DNA of 64,000 nucleotides from contig MIYU01000012.1 in NCBI GenBank assembly GCA_001875425.1, forward strand, positions 39,940 through 103,939, read 5' to 3'. This document shows, one piece after another, positions 38,702-47,230 of the stretch. The DNA comes from Marine Group III euryarchaeote CG-Bathy1 (lineage in GTDB: Archaea; Thermoplasmatota; Poseidoniia; MGIII; CG-Epi1). The notes beneath the pieces were generated by a model. It was not told the origin of the DNA. It saw nothing but the letters and a program-made list of their open reading frames with translations, and did no database searches. Within the stretch, counting starts at the first letter, position 1, and each line of letters starts with the position of its first letter. The translations under genes and the position numbers were made by a program.

Positions 38702-39343
38702 ACACTCGTAATTTCATACATCATAGGTGTAATGAATGGGCATCATGAAGCTTGGCTACCCACCATATCAGAATTGGACGAATATGCGAATCCCGAAGGA
38801 ATGATATGGACATTAGGATTGACTTTTGCTGGGATATTATCAATACCTGTCTGGTTAAAATTATATCAAAAGTGGGATAGGGAGTTACGTGCCTCGAATG
38901 CAGATAGAAAATGGTTTAGAGCAAATTTAATGGTATTTGTAATGACGCAATTGGCGACTGTGTCCTTTATCTGGTGTGTAAATTTTCCTTTGAATAAATA
39001 TGCAGTTCCTCATGGGCTTACTGCGGGAATTTATTTCTTTCTCGTTCTTACATTGGGAACAATCGCCATACTGGTAGTAAGAAATATAGACAACTATCCG
39101 AAAGAATTGATTAGGCTTAGGATAGTATTGAATCTTGCAGGATATGCTAGCTTCTTACTTCTAGGTTACTTTGTACCGGAAGGAATAGAACCTCTATTCA
39201 TGTATGAATCATTGGGTCCGGATCATTTACATGGCGTACATGCTTGGACTGCCTTTTTTGAATGGACGATGGTATTCACTGCACAGATAGGATACTTCTA
39301 CACACTCAATCACGACATGAAAGGCGAATCTATAATAGAATAG
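38630..39343 (+). CDS. multi-pass membrane protein, paralog B
   Basis: 237 aa and collinear with paralog A. The first 24 codons are identical at the nucleotide level. The start could instead be ATG 38681. Confidence 0.5.
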   Translation: MKLIYRNQSEAQKLLNCMLLIAFLTLVISYIIGVMNGHHEAWLPTISELDEYANPEGMIWTLGLTFAGILSIPVWLKLYQKWDRELRASNADRKWFRANLMVFVMTQLATVSFIWCVNFPLNKYAVPHGLTAGIYFFLVLTLGTIAILVVRNIDNYPKELIRLRIVLNLAGYASFLLLGYFVPEGIEPLFMYESLGPDHLHGVHAWTAFFEWTMVFTAQIGYFYTLNHDMKGESIIE

Positions 39344-39347
39344 AAAC

Positions 39348-42300
39348 TCAATCCTTACGTGAAAAGAATATTCCTAGTGCAGATATGAATACTGTTACAC
39401 CAAGGAACCCAGCAAGATAGTATTCTATATTCTGAATACCGCCTTCTTTGACTTCGAAGTTTATACTTGTTGTTTGTACATTGCCCGCTACATCATAAGC
39501 AGAGAAAGTTACTGTAAACTCCCCGTATGTGTATAATTCATAATCAGAATTGAATATGAAATCTTGAAGTGACGAATCTGGAGTGAAAGTAGTATCGACT
39601 GTCTGTGTAACCCCTTCAACTACGTATGTGCCGAATATACGTACTTCCAGATAATCTATACCACTATTTTCATCTGAGGCAGCCCAACTAAATTCAACTG
39701 GTAAACCTTCGTCAACCAAACGATATTGAATATCTATTTCAGCAGTTAATATTGGTGCAGTAGTGTCTAAATTGAAACTCACTGAAGTTTCATATGAATT
39801 GTCAACATTATCGACTACTCTTATTTTAATTTCATGCATTCCGTCCTGTAAATCGGGAATTGAAGATTCGGTTAGAATACCCATGTCAGTCCATTCGCCG
39901 TCATCGAATTTGATGAGCGTATGACTTACGCCTGTGGTATTATCATAAGTTGTCCATTCAATAGAAAGAGGGGCTGTGCCGTATAATTCATCCATAACTT
40001 CCAATTCTGCACCAGGAGAAACTGTGTCGATGACAAAGGAAACGCTAGAAACCATAGTGTTTCCAGCCACATCATAAGCTCTAATTTCTACAGTGTGAAC
40101 TCCTTCTGTTAAATTAGCAAATGCCCTCTCGATATTGAGATTTTCCAATTCCCAAACACCTTGATCTATTCTAATTTCATAATTAGAAATCCAAGTTTGA
40201 GAATCACTACCATCCCAAGTAACAGTTACTGACGAATCTGAGAATTCAGCACCATTGGCTGGATAGGTGAATGATACAAATGGAGAAGATAAATCAATTG
40301 TGAAGGAAACGGAATCTGAAGCAGAGTTACCAGCCACATCTATGACCATGATATCAACAGTATAGGCTCCGTTAGACAATTCGGTGAAATCGAAAGAAGT
40401 ATCGGAACCTAAGTTTTGCCATGGACCTGAATTAACGCTCATTGAATAATAATCAATACCAGAAGTTTCATCAGAACCGGACCAAGAAACTTGAAGAGTT
40501 GTTGAGCTGACAATAAAACCATCTTCAGGAGAAGATATTGCAACAGATGGATTGGTTAAATCTGTTATGAAACTTAAAGAAGTTTCATATTGATTACCAG
40601 CTAAATCAGTTACTTTAACTGAAACAGTATGACTTCCATCTGAAAAAGATTCTGAATGAGAATTAGTATTATCTGGAGCAGTCCAGCCCCCATCATCAAA
40701 TTTGATTTCATAGCTTGCAACATCGGACAATGATGTGCCTGAATCACTGCCATCCCATGTAAAAGAAACTGGCATAGAATTATGATATGAACCTTCGGTA
40801 GGTGATGTAATTGCAACTGTAGGATCTGTTAGATCGATTATTACCATAATAGAATCCATAGTACTGTGACCAACTACGTCATACACAATTACTTGAAGAG
40901 AATGAATACCTTCAGAAAGTGTTAATGTTTTCTGAGTGTTCCATGTAAATGTACCTTCGTAAGATTCGAAATTACCGTCTGCATCGTAAACGTAGAGTTC
41001 GTAGTAATCAACACCGCTGTGATCATCGGAACCATCCCAAGAAACGGTAACGGTATCTGTATTGAAATATTGATAATCAGATGGACTATCAATAGACACT
41101 TCAGGAACAGTTAAATCTATCTTAAATGGCCCTATAGTATAAACAGAATTATTCCAATAACCGGTCGAATCGACTGTTCTTATGTGGACATAATATTCTC
41201 CAGTTTCATCAACTGTGAATGATAAATTTGAATCTGTAGTAGACATCTCTGTAGGAGGTATGCTGTTTGTTTCTTTATTCCAAATAGCTGAATAACCTGC
41301 TACCTCTCCATTTAGATCGTAAGCTCCTGACCACTCCACATAAATGTCACTTACACTGGACCAAATATTGACATCTATGTTTGAAGTAAAACTGTCGGGA
41401 TTATGAGGTCTTGTATTGTCCACTCTAATTGAAGAAGCTTCGGTTTCGAAACAGACATCCCCGTAACAAACTTGGGCTTTTATTGAGTGATCGCCATCTA
41501 CATAATCTGAAGTAGACCAAGCGTAAGACCAGGAAGTACCTAGTACGTTCGCATCCTCCCACATATCATTTTCGTCAAAATCTGTTCCTGCAGAAATCAT
41601 AACAGAAACTGAAGATGACATCTCTGCGAATATTTCTATTTCATCGACAAAAGCACCTATTCCGTTATCTTGAGGAGCGATATCTGTCCAATTACTGATA
41701 CTGAGATTACCCCAACTAGCATTAGTCTCAACGCTACCTTCGGAAGGAAGAGTACCGTTACGATAAGATTCTGGATTAGAATTATCATCATTCTCAACTT
41801 CATATTCTGTTGAACCTCCGTTTTTCTTCAAAAAGAGATATTCGACATCCTGACCAGCAGAAGCTGAAACATCGATAGTAACTCCGTAAAGATTATCTCC
41901 TACAGACTCCATAACAACAGAATTATCAGAATTCCAAGAACCATCTCCATCGGCACCGAGTTCTGGAATATTACCATAAACATGGAATTCATCACCTGGT
42001 GAGCCGGGGCCGAATACGTCATAGTGAACTTCAAAGTAAATACCGAGATATGGTGCTGAACTAGAGAAAGTAAAGCTGAAACTTTCTAAATCACCCTCTC
42101 CTGGAGTAATATCAATCATTGCAGATTCCCAACCGTCTGATGAACCGCTGAAAATTTCTGAAGCTAAACCATTACCCCCCACGAAAGCTTCGAATTCTAG
42201 GAAATCTTCACCTTCATTAGCATCCACCATATAATCGAAAACAATGTATGGATTTTGATAGCCTTCTATATCTAGTGGATGAGATAAGGTGGATGTTGAA

Positions 42301-45300
42301 TTATCCATATACTGACTACTCAAAGATGGATCTTTACCTGTCGATAGACCTGTAGAATACGCACTTCTACCACCTTCTGAGTCATCATAATAACTACTAA
42401 TCCAGAATTCATTTACAGGTTCTGGTGGAATATAGAGAATATCATAACTACCTTCATCAAAATTGGAATCTATACAGAATGTAGCTGTGACAAAGGTCTC
42501 ATCATCTGTAATTTCGAAAGAGACCTCGATGATGGCCCCATTTGTAAAGCTGGCAAATGCGAGTTGTTCAGTATTAGGTTCGACTCCGCTAGTTATAGTT
42601 ACATTACCTGTAACATTATCGGAAGACCAACCATCTCCTGCAGAATCATAAAGTATCGCATTGTAAGTGCTTGAATGTAATTCGAGATTATTTTCAACAC
42701 AGCCACTATCTTCAAAGAACTGTACTCCATCGATAAATTCAGAACTGGGTTCCGCAGGCGTATTGGAAATTGTCCAACCGCTTGATTCCAAATCCCAATC
42801 ATCGAAAGATTCTCTGAATACTGCGAATTCTAAAGCTGAAACAGCCGTTCCCTCTATGTCTGAATCTCCACGAACGAAATCGGTTCCGCCTAGTGAATCT
42901 ATAGATATCATATCAGAATCATAGTCTCTGACAATACCTGAAGCAACTAATGAGAAATCTTGTGGACCTTCAGGAGTTCCTAAATCACCATCTCTTGCAG
43001 AAACTTCTACAGTCCATATTCCAGATTCTGGAACCTGAATGAAAACATTCTCTACATTATTCAAATCATCCAGATAAGCTTCGGTGTGATTTTCAAAACC
43101 ATTATCAGAGAAGCTCCAATCATTAGTAGCCATATCTGAAACGCTCCAAATACTGTCATGAAGACCGTTGTTTCCATAATACACCATACCAGATGGTGAT
43201 GTTAATTTCAAATCTAAATTATTGACTAAAGAACGTGAAAAACATTCATCGTTATCATTACAAACTTCTGGATAAGTAGAAGCAGCAGGATCTATCCAAA
43301 CCATAGAAACTTTGAGACTTGTTCCGCCATCGACATATACTTCTTCTGACCAAGAATCGCCAGCTTCTAAATCTATACCTCCGTCAACGAAGAAATGTCC
43401 TTCGGAGCCGAGATTGTATGACCTTTCAATATCTGGAGTTCCCCAACCTTGTATATTTCTGTACATGAGATTATTATCATTCATTGGGTACTGATATGCA
43501 TCAGCAAACATCAAGGCCTTGATAGTTGAAGAGAGTGGAATATTTTCTTCAGGATTATTATCGAAAAAGTTCTCCATATACATCTGATACAGAACGCCTG
43601 AAGTTGCAACAACTACGGGGCCTGCGCCACTAGTTCCGCCGAAACCAGATGTGTAATTTGTATTGCTGTAACCGTTGGAACCAATCATATCTATTGTGTA
43701 AATACTACTGTATGGACCTACCAAATCCGGCTTCACTCTATTATCGACAGTAGGGCCTCGACTAGCTCCGTTACCATTAGTATAGTAATCATCACCTAAA
43801 GTAGCTGTATCTTCATGCCACAAACCACCAACGGAAATGATATTCTTAGCTGAAGCCATATCAGACATTGAATCTGTTGAACCCATGTAAGCATAATTTC
43901 CAGCTGAAAAGGACTGTAGAACATGTGGATAAGTCGATATTGCTAAATCACTGTCTGCGGCAGCTGAATTGTAATTTCCACCTAATGCATTACGCCAGCT
44001 GTTTTGTTGGAATAGGCCATTGTATGAGGAATTAGTGCCATCATTGAATTCACCCCTCCATAAGTTACCTAATGATTCATAAGATGAATTCAAAAGATAA
44101 CCGAAAGAGCCTTCTGCTTCGGGAAGCATTCCGGTAGCTTGTAGATTATTATTACCTGTACCAAACATTATTCCTGCTACAGAAGTGCCGTGTCTGACCC
44201 AGCCGTGATCGATATTGTAGAAAGTATTGGAGACATCTAGAATATCATAACTGCCTTCATCGAAATTGGAATCTATACAGAATTTGAGTTCGAATGGACC
44301 ATTACCATCAATTTCAAAGGGCACTTCTAAGTATGAAGAATTGGTGAAGTTTGAAGTTGAAATTTCATTATCACTAGAATCGAAAATTTGTAAAGAACCC
44401 GTAAATGTGCCGTCGTACCAACCGTTAATATCGGTAGAATTGTCGGTAGAATTGAAAGTTCCTTCGTCGTATAGAAGAGCTTTGTATAGGCCGTTGCCGG
44501 AAACTGTTTCTGGTTTACATACTTCAACGTGAGTTTCATTAAATGATTGTACACCATCTAGAATAGATGAAGACCACATACTCTCGTTGAAATCATCATA
44601 AAAATTATTAGTCAAATCTGGGTGAATGAATTCCATTCCACCTTCTCTTACTTGACCTAAGATTCCTTGACCGGTGAATTGGCCAGAAATGATTTCGTTT
44701 GTGGTTTCATTTCTAGACAACATTTGAACGGGGTCAACGCCCATGTAATCTGCTGAACGCATCAAATCCATTAATGGAAGAGGTGTTCCGAATTCGTCAA
44801 TAGTTATGACATCTTCTATTGTAGCTATTTTGTGTAATTCTGAAAGTGGTATGGAAGCTTTTACAAATGGAGAGCCTGGACCTTCTACTGAGATTAATCT
44901 AGCACCCATAACATCTAATTCGAATAATAAATCTGAACGATCATAAAGTCCATTTCTAGCTGATGTAATGATAACATCTACAGATTCTGTAGATTTTTCA
45001 AAAAGAGCATCTTGAACTTTATAGACTGGTTGATAAAGAGTGTAGAAAACGATATCTGAATTCGTTTCTAAGATATCAAGAGTCCATGGATGTACGAAAG
45101 TGAGCCAAGAAGAGGACGAAAGATATTGAATAAAATCCACGCCATAATATTCTAGAGAAAGTCTATCCTGAAAAGTAGGTGGGGAATTAAATTGAATTAT
45201 GTAATAAGAGCCATCGGAAATTTGGTCATTGGATAATTGCCATTTTTCTGCTGACTCTGGTACTTCCTCTCCAGCTCTTAGATAAATTCCTCCAGCACTT

Positions 45301-45467
45301 ATTGTTTTGACGGGTTCTGTCTTATCATAATATCCAGAATTAGTTTCTGCGGAACTGAAATTCGTAAGAGAACCTGTAACTAAAATTGATGTGATTAATA
45401 TGGCTAGAAAACCTATACCACTAACTGTTTCTTTTACACCACGGCGGGCGGATATATGCGTCGACAT
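39348..45467 (-). CDS. giant (2039 aa) secreted subtilase-like (S8) multidomain surface protein with C-terminal TM anchor
   Basis: N-terminal signal/TM. Propeptide-like regions. His motif HGTSVAG (aa 426), Asn motif SAGN (aa 521-524), Ser motif GGTSGAGPVVVATSG (aa 610). A P-domain-like beta-sandwich (LVNNLDLKLTSPSG...NNVENVFI...WTVEV). A duplicated module, a CBM20-like segment, 6-7 Ig-like repeats, and a final TM helix plus SRKD. Confidence 0.8.
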   Translation of the reverse strand: MSTHISARRGVKETVSGIGFLAILITSILVTGSLTNFSSAETNSGYYDKTEPVKTISAGGIYLRAGEEVPESAEKWQLSNDQISDGSYYIIQFNSPPTFQDRLSLEYYGVDFIQYLSSSSWLTFVHPWTLDILETNSDIVFYTLYQPVYKVQDALFEKSTESVDVIITSARNGLYDRSDLLFELDVMGARLISVEGPGSPFVKASIPLSELHKIATIEDVITIDEFGTPLPLMDLMRSADYMGVDPVQMLSRNETTNEIISGQFTGQGILGQVREGGMEFIHPDLTNNFYDDFNESMWSSSILDGVQSFNETHVEVCKPETVSGNGLYKALLYDEGTFNSTDNSTDINGWYDGTFTGSLQIFDSSDNEISTSNFTNSSYLEVPFEIDGNGPFELKFCIDSNFDEGSYDILDVSNTFYNIDHGWVRHGTSVAGIMFGTGNNNLQATGMLPEAEGSFGYLLNSSYESLGNLWRGEFNDGTNSSYNGLFQQNSWRNALGGNYNSAAADSDLAISTYPHVLQSFSAGNYAYMGSTDSMSDMASAKNIISVGGLWHEDTATLGDDYYTNGNGASRGPTVDNRVKPDLVGPYSSIYTIDMIGSNGYSNTNYTSGFGGTSGAGPVVVATSGVLYQMYMENFFDNNPEENIPLSSTIKALMFADAYQYPMNDNNLMYRNIQGWGTPDIERSYNLGSEGHFFVDGGIDLEAGDSWSEEVYVDGGTSLKVSMVWIDPAASTYPEVCNDNDECFSRSLVNNLDLKLTSPSGMVYYGNNGLHDSIWSVSDMATNDWSFSDNGFENHTEAYLDDLNNVENVFIQVPESGIWTVEVSARDGDLGTPEGPQDFSLVASGIVRDYDSDMISIDSLGGTDFVRGDSDIEGTAVSALEFAVFRESFDDWDLESSGWTISNTPAEPSSEFIDGVQFFEDSGCVENNLELHSSTYNAILYDSAGDGWSSDNVTGNVTITSGVEPNTEQLAFASFTNGAIIEVSFEITDDETFVTATFCIDSNFDEGSYDILYIPPEPVNEFWISSYYDDSEGGRSAYSTGLSTGKDPSLSSQYMDNSTSTLSHPLDIEGYQNPYIVFDYMVDANEGEDFLEFEAFVGGNGLASEIFSGSSDGWESAMIDITPGEGDLESFSFTFSSSAPYLGIYFEVHYDVFGPGSPGDEFHVYGNIPELGADGDGSWNSDNSVVMESVGDNLYGVTIDVSASAGQDVEYLFLKKNGGSTEYEVENDDNSNPESYRNGTLPSEGSVETNASWGNLSISNWTDIAPQDNGIGAFVDEIEIFAEMSSSVSVMISAGTDFDENDMWEDANVLGTSWSYAWSTSDYVDGDHSIKAQVCYGDVCFETEASSIRVDNTRPHNPDSFTSNIDVNIWSSVSDIYVEWSGAYDLNGEVAGYSAIWNKETNSIPPTEMSTTDSNLSFTVDETGEYYVHIRTVDSTGYWNNSVYTIGPFKIDLTVPEVSIDSPSDYQYFNTDTVTVSWDGSDDHSGVDYYELYVYDADGNFESYEGTFTWNTQKTLTLSEGIHSLQVIVYDVVGHSTMDSIMVIIDLTDPTVAITSPTEGSYHNSMPVSFTWDGSDSGTSLSDVASYEIKFDDGGWTAPDNTNSHSESFSDGSHTVSVKVTDLAGNQYETSLSFITDLTNPSVAISSPEDGFIVSSTTLQVSWSGSDETSGIDYYSMSVNSGPWQNLGSDTSFDFTELSNGAYTVDIMVIDVAGNSASDSVSFTIDLSSPFVSFTYPANGAEFSDSSVTVTWDGSDSQTWISNYEIRIDQGVWELENLNIERAFANLTEGVHTVEIRAYDVAGNTMVSSVSFVIDTVSPGAELEVMDELYGTAPLSIEWTTYDNTTGVSHTLIKFDDGEWTDMGILTESSIPDLQDGMHEIKIRVVDNVDNSYETSVSFNLDTTAPILTAEIDIQYRLVDEGLPVEFSWAASDENSGIDYLEVRIFGTYVVEGVTQTVDTTFTPDSSLQDFIFNSDYELYTYGEFTVTFSAYDVAGNVQTTSINFEVKEGGIQNIEYYLAGFLGVTVFISALGIFFSRKD
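39453..41420 (-). repeat. tandem array of 6-7 Ig-like (~90 aa) domain repeats inside the giant gene
   Basis: The recurring pattern is D(L/T)(T/S)xPxV.I.SP......(T/S)V.V.W.GSD..SG(I/V)DYY.. ... YD.AGN. Repeat starts are near aa 1451, 1546, 1637, 1726, 1815 and 1902. Confidence 0.7.
42432..42665 (-). repeat. intragenic module copy 2 (aa ~935-1012, YNAILYDSAGDGW...FCIDSNFDEGSYDILY)
   Basis: See copy 1. Confidence 0.7.
44232..44489 (-). repeat. intragenic module copy 1 (aa ~327-412, YKALLYDEG...FCIDSNFDEGSYDILDV)
   Basis: It shares a 15-aa identical peptide, FCIDSNFDEGSYDIL, with copy 2. The DNA under that peptide is near-identical (2 mismatches in about 42 nt by eye). Confidence 0.7.
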
Positions 45468-45517
45468 AAAATAGCGAGCATTAGGGGGTTAAAAATATAT
45501 AGCGATGAGGCAGAATA

Positions 45518-46207
45518 TTACTTTAGCAATCCAACACCCAAGCCCTCAGGAGTTAATAGGCACGTAGAAACAAATTTTTCAGAAAGAATTTTATGGAAAT
45601 TTCTCATTCCTTTTACTCTTTCATTTATCGTGTTAGGATTTTCGATATCATCTAAAAGTTCGCCGAAAAGTAAAGCATTATCGCCTAAGAGTAAACCTGC
45701 TTTTCGTAAGTTATCAACAGCCCAGTCAGCGTACACACCATAAGATTCCTTATCTGCATCTAGAAAAATCACATCAAACGGACCTGAACTTGATAAGTGA
45801 GAAAGAGAATCAACGCCCGACATTTCAACAATTGTGACTTTTTCAGATAACCCCGCTTTGTTAAACACAGAACGTGCCACTTTTGCGTGATCTGGATTGA
45901 ATTCAACAGTCCATAAATGACCATCTTTGGGCAATGCTTTTAGAATCCAGAGTGCAGAATACCCAGATAAAGTGCCGAACTCGACTACATTCTTAGCGTT
46001 TGATAATCTACAAAGGATTTCAATTAACCTTCCATCTAACGGAGATATCTGGATTGCCGGTAAACCTTCTAACGTATTGTTTGAATTATTTAGATACGAA
46101 AGAGCATCTTTATGCGCATCATTTTCTTTAGCGTGTAAATTAGATAGCCATTCAATTACATCTTTGTTAAGGTAACCATATCCCTTATCTGTTTCTAAAT
46201 CAGTCAT
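45518..46207 (-). CDS. class I SAM-dependent O-methyltransferase (caffeoyl-CoA OMT-like)
   Basis: VVEFGTLSGYSALW (SAM motif I), DVIFLDADKESY, and metal-binding D..D..N spacing. Confidence 0.85.
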   Translation of the reverse strand: MTDLETDKGYGYLNKDVIEWLSNLHAKENDAHKDALSYLNNSNNTLEGLPAIQISPLDGRLIEILCRLSNAKNVVEFGTLSGYSALWILKALPKDGHLWTVEFNPDHAKVARSVFNKAGLSEKVTIVEMSGVDSLSHLSSSGPFDVIFLDADKESYGVYADWAVDNLRKAGLLLGDNALLFGELLDDIENPNTINERVKGMRNFHKILSEKFVSTCLLTPEGLGVGLLK

Positions 46208-46264
46208 AAAGAGTTAACGTATTGTACATAAAATGCTTATAGCAGCCCCGTTTCGATAAGTTGT

Positions 46265-47230
46265 ATGGCAAAGACCTATGCTGAAGCCGGAGTTGACATC
46301 GACGCAAGTGATGAAGCTACAGCATCACTTATCGCGAAAATTAAAGGAACTAATAGAAAGGGGAATGGAGAGCCTATCGAACTTGTGAATGGTTTTGCAG
46401 GATTGGTTAAACTCGATGATAAGGCGTTAGCTGTATGCACTGATGGTGTTGGAACAAAGATTCTTCTAGCGGAAGAAATGGATAGTTTACACACTGTAGG
46501 AATAGATTGCGTAGCGATGAATGTGAATGACCTAATATGTGTTGGAGCGGAGCCAATAAGCTTTGTAGATTATGTTGCTTTGAATGAACCAGATAATGAA
46601 ATAATGGGAAAATTAGGAGAAGGTCTTGCTGAAGGTTGTAGGCAAGCGAATTGCACACTCTCAGGAGGGGAAACTGCAGTAGTTCCCGAACTAGTACATG
46701 GATTCGATATAGCGGGGACTGCGGTTGGTGTTGTTTCTAAAGAAGATTTGATAGATGGAAGTAAAATTGCAGAAGGTGATGTGTTAATAGGAATAAAATC
46801 GTCTGGACCTCATTCAAATGGATACACACTTATTCGTAAAATATATAATGGGAATAAGGAAATTGGTAAAAAATTAGTTGAACCGACTAGGATATATGTA
46901 AAAGAGATTATGAAACTCCTAAGCGAAATTGAAGTTAGTGGGATAGCCCACATAACTGGAGGTGGACTTGACAATATACCTAGAATGAATAATAAATTTA
47001 GATATATTATAGATGAACCACTGCCTGTGCAAGACGTATTTGAATGGTTACAAAAAACGGGCGATATTGAAACTAAAGAGATGTATCGTACATTCAATAT
47101 GGGAATGGGGATGATTATATCAATGAAAGAAGAAAATGTAAACAGAGCTTTGAAAATTTTAGGAGAAGATGCTCAAATAATAGGTAGAATAGAGAATGGA
47201 ACTGGAGTGGAACATTCTGCTATTGTTTAA
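46265..47230 (+). CDS. purM: phosphoribosylformylglycinamidine cyclo-ligase (AIR synthetase)
   Basis: YAEAGVDIDASDEA N-terminus, DGVGTK, SGGETA, and HSNGYTLIRK. Confidence 0.95.
   Translation: MAKTYAEAGVDIDASDEATASLIAKIKGTNRKGNGEPIELVNGFAGLVKLDDKALAVCTDGVGTKILLAEEMDSLHTVGIDCVAMNVNDLICVGAEPISFVDYVALNEPDNEIMGKLGEGLAEGCRQANCTLSGGETAVVPELVHGFDIAGTAVGVVSKEDLIDGSKIAEGDVLIGIKSSGPHSNGYTLIRKIYNGNKEIGKKLVEPTRIYVKEIMKLLSEIEVSGIAHITGGGLDNIPRMNNKFRYIIDEPLPVQDVFEWLQKTGDIETKEMYRTFNMGMGMIISMKEENVNRALKILGEDAQIIGRIENGTGVEHSAIV

Noticed and set aside
39348-39420. PGF-CTERM/archaeosortase-type sorting signals at the C-termini of the surface proteins (giant subtilase, the 719-aa protein, the M14 peptidase)
   Set aside because: All three end in a TM helix plus a basic tail. 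The residues before the helix (LAGF, AIPF, WIPY) share no clear PGF-like motif, so I call them only C-terminal anchors.
42463-42651. Plus-strand ORFs starting MESIQN at 42463 and 44266
   Set aside because: They are antisense to the 2039-aa gene. Their shared N-terminus only reflects the duplicated FCIDSNFDEGSYDIL-coding DNA on the other strand.
45456-45743. 95-aa plus-strand ORF bridging the giant gene start and the O-methyltransferase
   Set aside because: It overlaps two well-supported minus-strand genes and has no motifs.
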